Source: Candidatus Woesearchaeota archaeon (lineage in GTDB: Archaea; Nanobdellota; Nanobdellia; Woesearchaeales; GW2011-AR4). From it: a DNA stretch of 54,447 bases. Each line of letters begins with the position of its first letter. Position 1 is the stretch's first letter. Positions 35,264-43,966 of this stretch are shown piece by piece. Where the stretch lies: NCBI GenBank assembly GCA_018303185.1, contig JAGVYR010000033.1, forward strand, positions 1-54,447. The letters are read 5' to 3'. The notes under the pieces were generated by a model. That model saw nothing but the letters and a program-made list of their open reading frames with translations, was not told the origin of the DNA and did no database searches. The translations under genes were made by a program, and so were the position numbers.

Positions 35264-35531
35264 TCATTCTGGAATTTTTTTTATTCTGGAATTTTTTGCA
35301 TCTCATCTGATATGCCATGAATGCCTGCATTGCCCTATCCCCATAAAGCGATGGATTATCCTCAGCATGTCTGGAATAGCCCTCTAAGGTATTCCATAAC
35401 TTAGCTGAACATTCTGCTTTACGGGAGTTATCTATGATGCTCATATCATAGGGCGCTTTAAATTCGCTGCACCCGGAAACGACAGTAAATGCAAGCGCCA
35501 ATATAACTTTCTTAACAAGCCCGCTTTCCAT
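35220..35531 (-). CDS. Putative small lipoprotein
   Basis: KK + hydrophobic stretch + VSGC lipobox-like motif; TATA upstream. Confidence 0.5.
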   Translation of the reverse strand: MESGLVKKVILALAFTVVSGCSEFKAPYDMSIIDNSRKAECSAKLWNTLEGYSRHAEDNPSLYGDRAMQAFMAYQMRCKKFQNKKNSRMTSPYTPQQHSQQPQ

Positions 35532-35711
35532 ACGATAATGCGTAAGTTATAAGTATTTAAACTTTATTATTTTTACCACTATAAAGTTAATATTAATTTC
35601 AGAATACCGGGAGACACAATAAAAACCTTTATATACTAAAATATATATGAGTATACATAAAGGTACATTGAGGACTAGATTTAGCTGGATTGAGGTAAAT
35701 GAAAGCGTAAA

Positions 35712-37139
35712 ATGTCAGAACACAATGGCGGGCACGGCTCTAACTCTAAACTGAGCAAATACGGGTTTACAGAGGAGACAGCTGAAGAGACAAGAAAGAA
35801 TACAAGCATCCCGACAGGCTATCCGAAGCCCAGCAGGCGCTACAGGCTTCATTACGAGGCTTATAACATCTCCATTGAAGAGCCGTATTTCTGGATTTTG
35901 CATTACCTCAGGTACTTTCAGGGCTACCATCACATAGAGAAGATAACTGATGTTTTCGCTGCTGCCGAAAACTCATCGTTCTTCGGAGCCAATCAGCAGC
36001 GCCTTGGGCTGCAGCAGGAAAAGGTGTCCCAGTATCTTGCAACAATAGGGAAAATGGTACGTGAATTGTTCCAGCTTGTGCGCGAATTAAGGGTCATCGA
36101 TGAAAGGCTTTCTTATTATGCAGACTCTTACTCAAACAGCAGGAGCCAGGAGAGCGCGGAAATAACCCTGAAAGGGATTTGGGTGGACATGGTGGAGCAG
36201 GGAGCAAAGAATCCCGCATCTGTTTATGGCATGGCGCGCGAAGTCCAGTTTACTACGCTGCCTGACTTATTTTTCTCCACTCATCCGAGAAAATCCGAGG
36301 ATGTGGATGAAGTTGTTGACAGGGAAAGAAGCGCATTCAACAGGAAAGTGAAAGAGGTTTTGAAAAGAAAGCTGAGAAGCTTCATGGCGTGGAAGGAGCA
36401 TACTTATGAGGAGATGAAGAACAGGCGCATCTTCACCCTCAAATACCTGAGGCAGCATTATGAGATCATAAGGATGTACATGGCATGGGTAAGGCCCTAT
36501 CTCAAGAACATCCAAAGGCTTAATCTCGACCAGAAAAAGGCAGACACTCCGGACATAATAACCGCTTTCGAGAATTCCATGATTGAAGTGGAGCTGCTGG
36601 CAAAAAAAAGCGAGGGGAAGGCAAGCAGCGTAGTGGTGATGCATTACCTTTACAGGATAAGGCCCGAGATGAACTATTCCCAGGAATACAACCGGGGCCC
36701 TTTGCATCTCGGCCGTGTCGAGATTGACTTCAGGTCATACGGCTGGACTGATGGGGAAATCGAGAACTACAGGAGGATGAGGGCAGAGGAGGACATGGAG
36801 CTCCTCGGGGTTGTCGATGCATCCGTGAAGGCAGCCATGGAATCTCTCGGCGACGAATTGATGCGCTACCTTCAGGAGGCGGGAGAGGACATGCCAATCC
36901 ATAAAAAGGAAGATGCTGCAAAGAAGCTGGCCTCACCGCACGCTTCAGTGTTCAAGGGCTTCAGGGAGATGTTCACATCCTTCAGCGGGCACAAGGCTGT
37001 AAGGGCACACAAGAAGCCGAAGAGGGATGACCTCTACAGGCTTGCAAAGGGCAAGAGAGCTGCAGCGACTTCGGCATCAGCAGCAATATGGAACATTTAC
37101 CACCACTTCAAGAAGCACCACGGGATGCTGAACTGGTAA
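35712..37139 (+). CDS. Hypothetical protein (475 aa), largely helical
   Basis: Long ORF with core-like codon usage, GAGGT SD-like sequence and TTTATATA promoter. Confidence 0.85.
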   Translation: MSEHNGGHGSNSKLSKYGFTEETAEETRKNTSIPTGYPKPSRRYRLHYEAYNISIEEPYFWILHYLRYFQGYHHIEKITDVFAAAENSSFFGANQQRLGLQQEKVSQYLATIGKMVRELFQLVRELRVIDERLSYYADSYSNSRSQESAEITLKGIWVDMVEQGAKNPASVYGMAREVQFTTLPDLFFSTHPRKSEDVDEVVDRERSAFNRKVKEVLKRKLRSFMAWKEHTYEEMKNRRIFTLKYLRQHYEIIRMYMAWVRPYLKNIQRLNLDQKKADTPDIITAFENSMIEVELLAKKSEGKASSVVVMHYLYRIRPEMNYSQEYNRGPLHLGRVEIDFRSYGWTDGEIENYRRMRAEEDMELLGVVDASVKAAMESLGDELMRYLQEAGEDMPIHKKEDAAKKLASPHASVFKGFREMFTSFSGHKAVRAHKKPKRDDLYRLAKGKRAAATSASAAIWNIYHHFKKHHGMLNW

Positions 37140-37335
37140 ACTAGGGTTTAGTATAATCCCTGGAGCATCCCTGGAGCAATCAAAGCCGAGAATAGAAAAA
37201 GAAAGCCTTGGGACATTAGGCGCGCCCAATGCGGCGCGCATCAAATGCGGCCCAACATTGGGGCCGCCTAGACAACTGAGGATTTATTTTGATTTGGATA
37301 TGAAATAGCAAACCAAAGGTAAATAACAAATTAAA

Positions 37336-39609
37336 ATGCAATTCAATACAGGCTATAACCCGGAAGCGCCCAATGCATACAGGCAGATGCATCCGATGGC
37401 AGATTATGTCGGCGCCATGGACCCTGAAGCATACGGCCATACAGCCCCCCATAGCCCTGAGCATGGAAGCTATGCAGAAGATTCCGGCGGCACAGAAGAG
37501 CTGAGGCTGGGAGTCAATGACATAGGCATGTCCGTTCCCATGGGAATAAGCGCTGCAAATGTTGCAGGCATCTATTCAAAGATAAGGATGGGCGCAGGAA
37601 ATCTTGAGCTGCAATTCCCGACTTACAGGCAGGGCAACAGGAACGCGCAAAGCCCCGGAATGTACGGCGAGGACCAGAGGCAGGCATTGAGAGAGATGCA
37701 GGAAATCAATGAGGTCCGCTTCACAACCCACGCGCCTTTCCAGATAATGGGGATGATGGGCAGGGATGAAAGGGGAAATTATTCCCTCAACGGCTCAAGA
37801 AGAGACCTTGATGAATTGAAGAGAGCAATAGATTTCCAGGCTGACTTGGGAGGCGGCTCTGTCGTGTTCCATTCAGGCGAATTCGAAAGGCCCATGATAG
37901 ATATGGTTCTTGATGACGAGACCGGGCAGTTAAATCTCGCCCGCGACCAATCAGGGAGGCTTTTGTTCAAGGAATCTGCGGCGCAGGAGCAGGATGCGCA
38001 GTTCCAGATAATGGATGACAGGACATCTGCAAAAATGGAAACAGTCCAGAAGGACAGGCTCGTCGCATATGCAAAGTGGCTAAAGGCTGACAGGGACCAT
38101 GAAGGGGAGGATCAGGACGGCAATCCGGTTTTCATCAGAAAAGGAGATTATGTAGATTATGAGGGCCAGAAAGTGATTAATCCATATGACAAATACAGGG
38201 GAAGAGTTCCAGAATTCAATAAAGACACTGGCCGCTTCGAGACAAGGATGATGCACTTTGATGATTTCAGGAAAGAAGCCAATGAATACAACGAATGGCT
38301 AAAGAACAACTGGAAAACAGTGATGAGCACTGATAAGGGATGGAATGAAGACCCAAGATGGTACTACAAGAAAAAATATCCCGAGGAATCCTTTATTGGA
38401 GCAACATTAGAGACGCAGGAAGGATATTCACGAGGCTGGAGCCTGCATCTGGGGCAGGAGTCAGGAGACATAATCAAGAATCTGGACAAGTTAAACAAAG
38501 CTATAGAATTTTATAAAAAATTGGATAAATCAATCCCGGAAGAAGAGAGATGGAAATTAACAATGCAGGAAGGGGCAAGCCATAGGATGGGAATAGCATC
38601 ACAATTAATTCCTTCTGAATCTAAAAGCCCGCTTCAGGCTTTGGAGGAAGCCAGAAAAGATATGCAAAGAGCTTTGGAATACTCCCGCCAGTCCTCTTCA
38701 TCCCAGGAACAGCAGGCAGATGATACAAGAGAGACAAGAGAGCACCTCATAACTCCGATAAAAAGGCTGGAGAAGTACGGCGTCTTAAATTACGCAGAGG
38801 CAGCAGTGCATGCAATGGAAAGGACAAAGAATCCGAACGACCCTGTAGTTGTCGCAATAGAAAATCTGTTTCCGGAAAGGTTCGGCGGCCATGTGGAAGA
38901 ATTGAAATGGATAATAAAGAAATCAAGAGAGAGGATGGTGGACATACTTACAAAGCCGTATGTCGAGCTTGGAGTTTCAAGGAATCCAGTTGATATGAGT
39001 GAGGAAAAATATAAGCAGGGCCTTTTGCAGGAGAATCCACATTTCAAGTCGGGAATAAGCAGAGGAGAGGCAGAGAGGCTGGCAGAAAAGCACATCAAGG
39101 CAACCTTTGACACAGGGCATCTTAACCTGTGGAGAAAGTACTGGCAGCCAGACCCCAAGCTGACAAAAGAGCAGAATGACGCTGAATTCAGGAGATGGTA
39201 TCTGGGCCAGGTTGAGTCTCTTGCAAAGGAAGGGATGGTTGGAAACGTACATCTTGCTGATAACTATGGGGATCAGGATGAGCACTTAAGCCCCGGCCAG
39301 GGAAATGCTCCTGTCAAGGAAGCAATGGCCATAATAAAGAAATACGGCTACGACAAGGCCATTACTGTAGAGCCCGGAGCAGACGCTTCCACAGACTTAA
39401 GCGATTTCCACGGGCTTATGAAAACATGGCGCCTCTTCGGCTCACCCATCTACGGCATCGGAGGCATAGGCGGAGGCCCGGGAGTTCCGCAAAGGTGGGG
39501 CGACATCCAGTACAGCTACTTCGGCCAGAACCAGCCGCCAAGATACACTTTTGGGGCTTACGCGCCAAGCAACGACTGGACTTTGTGGAGCCAAGTTCCA
39601 ATGGAGTGA
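37336..39609 (+). CDS. Xylose-isomerase-like/AP endonuclease 2 TIM-barrel protein with a large internal insertion
   Basis: THAP, FHSGE, IENL, FDTGH, VHLADN, DEHLSPGQG, TVEP metal-ligand motifs. Confidence 0.85.
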   Translation: MQFNTGYNPEAPNAYRQMHPMADYVGAMDPEAYGHTAPHSPEHGSYAEDSGGTEELRLGVNDIGMSVPMGISAANVAGIYSKIRMGAGNLELQFPTYRQGNRNAQSPGMYGEDQRQALREMQEINEVRFTTHAPFQIMGMMGRDERGNYSLNGSRRDLDELKRAIDFQADLGGGSVVFHSGEFERPMIDMVLDDETGQLNLARDQSGRLLFKESAAQEQDAQFQIMDDRTSAKMETVQKDRLVAYAKWLKADRDHEGEDQDGNPVFIRKGDYVDYEGQKVINPYDKYRGRVPEFNKDTGRFETRMMHFDDFRKEANEYNEWLKNNWKTVMSTDKGWNEDPRWYYKKKYPEESFIGATLETQEGYSRGWSLHLGQESGDIIKNLDKLNKAIEFYKKLDKSIPEEERWKLTMQEGASHRMGIASQLIPSESKSPLQALEEARKDMQRALEYSRQSSSSQEQQADDTRETREHLITPIKRLEKYGVLNYAEAAVHAMERTKNPNDPVVVAIENLFPERFGGHVEELKWIIKKSRERMVDILTKPYVELGVSRNPVDMSEEKYKQGLLQENPHFKSGISRGEAERLAEKHIKATFDTGHLNLWRKYWQPDPKLTKEQNDAEFRRWYLGQVESLAKEGMVGNVHLADNYGDQDEHLSPGQGNAPVKEAMAIIKKYGYDKAITVEPGADASTDLSDFHGLMKTWRLFGSPIYGIGGIGGGPGVPQRWGDIQYSYFGQNQPPRYTFGAYAPSNDWTLWSQVPME

Positions 39610-39700
39610 ATTCAGAGTATCCTGTTTTATAAAACCCATCTTTATATAATATTTAAAATAAAGCTTAAATACAGCGCTGCTTATTCTTGCCTGAAACATC

Positions 39701-40192
39701 ATGGATAAAGGCCAGAAGGAAGAGCTGAAAAAACTTTCTCCAAGGGAGCGCGTGAAAAAGCTCAAGGAGCTTGAAGATCAGCGCAAGAAGGAATTCTCTG
39801 AGATAGATGAGATGATAGAAGCCTCCATGAAGGAGATTGACACAGACGACCTTGCATCCGAGATTGCGCCAGCGGCAAGAGAAGTCAACATTGACGACCT
39901 TTTTGAGCAGGAACAGGGCAGCATTGACGCTTCATTGAAGAAAGCAGATGAAGATGAGGAGGGCCATGCTCCAAAGTACACGGCCCTTGTCCAGGACTAT
40001 GAAAACCTTAAGGACCTTTCCTACGCATCAATGGAAGGGCCCCTATCTGAAAGGCAGATACAGCTTCTCGACCAGATCGGCGAAAGGATAAGCACCAGAA
40101 AATATGTTTCCGAGTCCGACAAGCTTGCAGACCTTTTCGTGGCTTCAAGGAGTGTACTTTATCAGGTGAAGAAATACCAGGGTATTGAATAG
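39701..40192 (+). CDS. Hypothetical acidic/coiled-coil protein (163 aa)
   Basis: ORF with upstream TTAAATA. Confidence 0.75.
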   Translation: MDKGQKEELKKLSPRERVKKLKELEDQRKKEFSEIDEMIEASMKEIDTDDLASEIAPAAREVNIDDLFEQEQGSIDASLKKADEDEEGHAPKYTALVQDYENLKDLSYASMEGPLSERQIQLLDQIGERISTRKYVSESDKLADLFVASRSVLYQVKKYQGIE

Positions 40193-40202
40193 GTTCTTGA
40201 GG

Positions 40203-40382
40203 GTGTGTTCTAAAAAGGTTGCCATCTGGATGGCTCTGTAGAAAATAAGCATAGTGCCAATATGCGAGCCCTGTGAAAAGCTCATCAAGCCTGACAGGGG
40301 ACGCTCCCTGCGGGATGGCAGGCTCTTGAATAGCTCATCGAGTGCGAACGATGGCAACCGAAACACGGAGTTCCAACTCCGG
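40203..40382. other. Structured intergenic element
   Basis: ggttgccatc (40217-40226) / gatggcaacc (40350-40359) stem enclosing agcctg/caggct and caggg/ccctg stems; trailing cggagtt/aactccg hairpin. Confidence 0.5.
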
Positions 40383-40430
40383 CTAGCAGTTTAAGAAAAG
40401 TATAAAAACCACCTTATCCCTGAGACGTGC

Positions 40431-40970
40431 ATGAATCCATCCAAGTTCAGCGAGATAAAGAGCGAATACGATAATTTCTACCGCAGCCTCATGGCACAAG
40501 GCAAGCTTCCTTTATGGAGCACAGGGCACGGGTTCTGGAGCAATGCAATCTCAGAAGAGGTTTATGAAGCCTTCAAAAAGATAGGGCTTCACGGGCACCG
40601 CACTTTCATAGACCTTGGCTCCGGCGATGGCAAAGTAGTCCTGATTGCCGCATTGTTCTGCCAGCGGGCAGTCGGGATTGAAGGGGACAATGTGCTGCAC
40701 CAGAAGGCGCTGGAGATGCAGAAAAAGCTCCTCATCCCGAATGCAATATTTTTCAATGACGATTTCTACAACCACAATATCCTTGATTATGATATTGTAT
40801 TCACATATCCCGACGCTCCTATGTACAGGGGCATGGAGAAGAAGTTCCTCAGCGAATTAAGCGGCAAATTGCTCCATTACGGGCATCATTTCCATCCGGA
40901 GCAGCTTGAAAAAGAGGATTCATTTATGGTTAATGGCAGCCCGTTCACGATATACCGCAACCCTAAGTGA
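40431..40970 (+). CDS. Class I SAM-dependent methyltransferase
   Basis: FIDLGSGDGKVV, VGIE, DDF, DIVFTY. Confidence 0.88.
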   Translation: MNPSKFSEIKSEYDNFYRSLMAQGKLPLWSTGHGFWSNAISEEVYEAFKKIGLHGHRTFIDLGSGDGKVVLIAALFCQRAVGIEGDNVLHQKALEMQKKLLIPNAIFFNDDFYNHNILDYDIVFTYPDAPMYRGMEKKFLSELSGKLLHYGHHFHPEQLEKEDSFMVNGSPFTIYRNPK

Positions 40971-41784
40971 ATTCAAGGAAATATGCCTCTTTTTCCTTTC
41001 CTTCGACGCTTATTTTTTTGTCTTTATCAAATTCAAATTCTCCGGCATTGCTTAATCCATTGAAGAGCCCATTGTCAGCAGTTCCGGTGATTTTTATTAT
41101 TTTTATTTTATTGCCTTCTTTTTCATATTCTTCAAGCAAAAAGACGCCGTTGCCTTTTGTGTATATTATGCCGGATTTTAATTTCTTAACGAACAGTGCA
41201 GCAGTTTCTTTGGAGCTGTTTTCCAAAATCTCAAGGCTCGTTTTTGAAATCCTCAGCGATTCCCTGCAGTCAAAACTGCACGGAAAGTGAAACAGAAGCG
41301 AAAAATCAAAATGCCTTGCAGCGATGTTATTTTGGAAATGAAAGTCTCCCTGCGAATTTCTTAATGTTTTTAAGGTCAAATCATAGCTATCTTCAGAAAA
41401 ATTCTCCGTGAAAAAGCGGCAGCAGCATTTCGGGTAGCCGAGCGCAATGCCGAGCTCAAAATGCTTTCCTTCACTTTCATGCTTTTTCGCATTTTCAGCA
41501 AGCTCTTTGGTTTTTGAGGCATACACGAAAAAATGCCCTTTTTCATTGGAGTTAGGATTTATTTTCATTGACTTATCTGAATAGTGTGAATTTGAAGACT
41601 CTTTTTTAACCTTGAAGCCAGAAATCGCTGTATGTATCTTATTTTCACTGAAAAAATCAAGAACCTTCTTCAAATCGCGCTCATGCACCATTATCCTTGC
41701 GCACGGCTTGGTGCCTTCAATTAATGAAAGCATTTCCAGCGCTTTTATCTTTGATCTGAATAAACCAGTTAAATCCCATGCCAT
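40963..41784 (-). CDS. Conserved archaeal Cys/His protein (DUF483-like)
   Basis: LGIALGYPKCCCRFF and FHFPCSFDCRES putative metal motifs. Confidence 0.65.
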   Translation of the reverse strand: MAWDLTGLFRSKIKALEMLSLIEGTKPCARIMVHERDLKKVLDFFSENKIHTAISGFKVKKESSNSHYSDKSMKINPNSNEKGHFFVYASKTKELAENAKKHESEGKHFELGIALGYPKCCCRFFTENFSEDSYDLTLKTLRNSQGDFHFQNNIAARHFDFSLLFHFPCSFDCRESLRISKTSLEILENSSKETAALFVKKLKSGIIYTKGNGVFLLEEYEKEGNKIKIIKITGTADNGLFNGLSNAGEFEFDKDKKISVEGKEKEAYFLEFT

Positions 41785-41894
41785 AAATAGAAAAGAATCA
41801 ATGGATTATAAAAATATTGCCAGAAGCAATGTTAAACACTATCCTTCAATGGTCATAAACCTTTATAAAAGCTTTTCAACAATTCCGCTGTATA

Positions 41895-42701
41895 ATGAAA
41901 TTTGACCTTCCGATGCGCGAGCATCCAAATATGGAGAAGTATGACAGAAATGACATTGAGAAAGCCCATATCTTTGCGAATGAGGTATACAAGGAGCTCG
42001 GGGCATTAATCAGGGGCGTTGTTCTATTTGGCTCAAGCGCGAGAAAAACAGCCACGGCAAAAAGCGACATAGACATCCTTGTTGTCATTGACGACCTGCA
42101 GGTTTCCCTGACGCCTGAAGTTACAGAGGCATACAGGCTGATTGTAAAGAATAAGATTGCAAGGGTCTCAACCCGCATCCATGTCACAACCCTGCGCTTC
42201 ACCGCATTCTGGGACTACATCAGGAACGGGGATCCGATCGGGGTTAATATCCTCAGGGACGGAGTTGCGCTGATAGATGCAGGCTTTTTTGAGCCTCTTC
42301 AAGTGCTGCTGAAAAAAGGGCGCATAAGGCCGACAAAGGAAAGCATATGGTCCTATTACATCCGTAGCCCAAATACGCTGCACAACAGCAAGTGGCATAT
42401 ATTGCAGGCATCCATTGACCTCTATTGGGCAGTGATAGACGCGGCCCATGCAGCCCTTATGAAGCTTGGGGAAATTCCGCCAACTCCGGAGCATGTTGCC
42501 GACCTTCTGGAAGAGAAGATGGTGAAGAAAAAGCTGCTTGAGGCAAAGTACGTCACGATAATGAGGAATTTCTACAAGCTCATGAAGATGATTACCCACA
42601 GGGAATTAAAGGAAATCAAGGGCGAGGAATTCGACCGCAACTTCCTTATTGCCGAGGATTTTGTACAGAGAATGAGGAAGTTCATTGAGGATGAGAAATA
42701 A
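41895..42701 (+). CDS. Minimal nucleotidyltransferase (MNT)-HEPN fusion protein
   Basis: LFGSSAR…SDIDILVVIDD; C-terminal helical DLYWAVIDAAHAAL…PTPEH HEPN-like region. Confidence 0.85.
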   Translation: MKFDLPMREHPNMEKYDRNDIEKAHIFANEVYKELGALIRGVVLFGSSARKTATAKSDIDILVVIDDLQVSLTPEVTEAYRLIVKNKIARVSTRIHVTTLRFTAFWDYIRNGDPIGVNILRDGVALIDAGFFEPLQVLLKKGRIRPTKESIWSYYIRSPNTLHNSKWHILQASIDLYWAVIDAAHAALMKLGEIPPTPEHVADLLEEKMVKKKLLEAKYVTIMRNFYKLMKMITHRELKEIKGEEFDRNFLIAEDFVQRMRKFIEDEK

Positions 42702-43151
42702 TCAGAGAGTTACGAATTCTGTCTTTATCTGCTTTAGGGATGTGAGGGATATTGCCTTTGCAAAGCCGTATTTTTTAATTGCGAACTTGACGAATGAATA
42801 ATAATCATCAATGTCTCTGCTCCTTAATTTCAATATCAGCTCATAATCCCCTGTGACTATATCTACGCTCTCGACGTTGGAATTTTTTGCAATCTCCTTT
42901 GCAACCTCTTCAGGGTCTCCATACTTTCCCTCTACAAGATTCACCAGCACGTAAGTGCAGTGCCCCTGCCCGATTTCCCTGTAATTGAACACTGATTTGT
43001 AGGATTTTATCGCTCCTTCTTTTTCAAGCCTTTTTATGTTATAGTGGATTGTAGTGGCAGGCACCTTTAGCCTCTTTGCTATGCTGGAAATCCTCGGGGT
43101 GCAATGCCCCTCCTTCAGCATTTCAACCAGTTTCTGCCTTATATCCTTCAT
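42702..43151 (-). CDS. Lrp/AsnC family transcriptional regulator
   Basis: N-terminal HTH (IAKRLKVPATTIHYNIKRLEKEGAI), VTGDYELILK RAM domain. Confidence 0.92.
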   Translation of the reverse strand: MKDIRQKLVEMLKEGHCTPRISSIAKRLKVPATTIHYNIKRLEKEGAIKSYKSVFNYREIGQGHCTYVLVNLVEGKYGDPEEVAKEIAKNSNVESVDIVTGDYELILKLRSRDIDDYYSFVKFAIKKYGFAKAISLTSLKQIKTEFVTL

Positions 43152-43155
43152 AATA

Positions 43156-43220
43156 TTGAATAATATTCAACTATTTATTAATTTTTTGGTTATTATTTGA
43201 ATAATTTACAACTATTTATT
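43156..43220. promoter_or_regulatory. Two palindromic operator sites between the divergent lrp and racemase genes
   Basis: TTGAATA-A-TATTCAA (43156-43170) and a near copy at 43197-43211, embedded in a 24-bp direct repeat (22/24) spaced 41 bp. Confidence 0.7.
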
Positions 43221-43246
43221 TAAGTGTATGGCAATTACTTTCAATA

Positions 43247-43966
43247 ATGACAGCTGAAAATACCAATCCAAGAGCAGGTATAATAGGGGGCATGGGGCCA
43301 CAAACCAGCTCGCAGTTTTGCCTAAATATCAATATGAAATTCAGGCAGCTTGCAAACAGGCAGCCAGATATGGTGATTGAGAATGTCCCAATATCGCTTG
43401 AGGATGAAACGGAATTAATAAATGGAGGCAATCCTAAGAATTTCAGGGCATTGCTTACTGGCGCAGTAAGGAAACTGAATCATGCCCATTCGGATTTTAT
43501 CGCAGTGCCATGCAACACAGCCCATTTTTTTCTTGAAGACCTTCGAAAGATATCATCAGCGCCGATAATAAGCATTATTGATGAATGTGCGCTTGAATGC
43601 AGCAGCAGAAACATTAAGATTGCAGGGTTGTTGGCAACCCCGAAAACAATAAAGGAAAGGCTGTTTGAGGCTCCGATGAAGGAAGCGGGCGTCGATATAA
43701 TCCTGCCAAGCGAAGCAGACCAAAAAATGATAACAAACATAATATTCGGGCTTATTAGCAATAGGGCACGCAAGAAAGATTCAACAGGTATTCTAAAAAT
43801 TATCCGCAGGCTTAGGGATAATGGAGCAGAAGCGGTTGTGATTGGATGCACCGATATATCCTTGCTTATTTCTGATAAAAATTCAGCTATCCCGGTAATT
43901 GAAACTGTAAGAATTCTTGAAGATTCTGTAATAAAAATGCTTTTACATGGGAAGATGCCAAAATGA
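43247..43966 (+). CDS. Aspartate/glutamate racemase family protein
   Basis: GIIGGMGP, PCNTAH and GCTD two-cysteine motifs. Confidence 0.92.
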   Translation: MTAENTNPRAGIIGGMGPQTSSQFCLNINMKFRQLANRQPDMVIENVPISLEDETELINGGNPKNFRALLTGAVRKLNHAHSDFIAVPCNTAHFFLEDLRKISSAPIISIIDECALECSSRNIKIAGLLATPKTIKERLFEAPMKEAGVDIILPSEADQKMITNIIFGLISNRARKKDSTGILKIIRRLRDNGAEAVVIGCTDISLLISDKNSAIPVIETVRILEDSVIKMLLHGKMPK

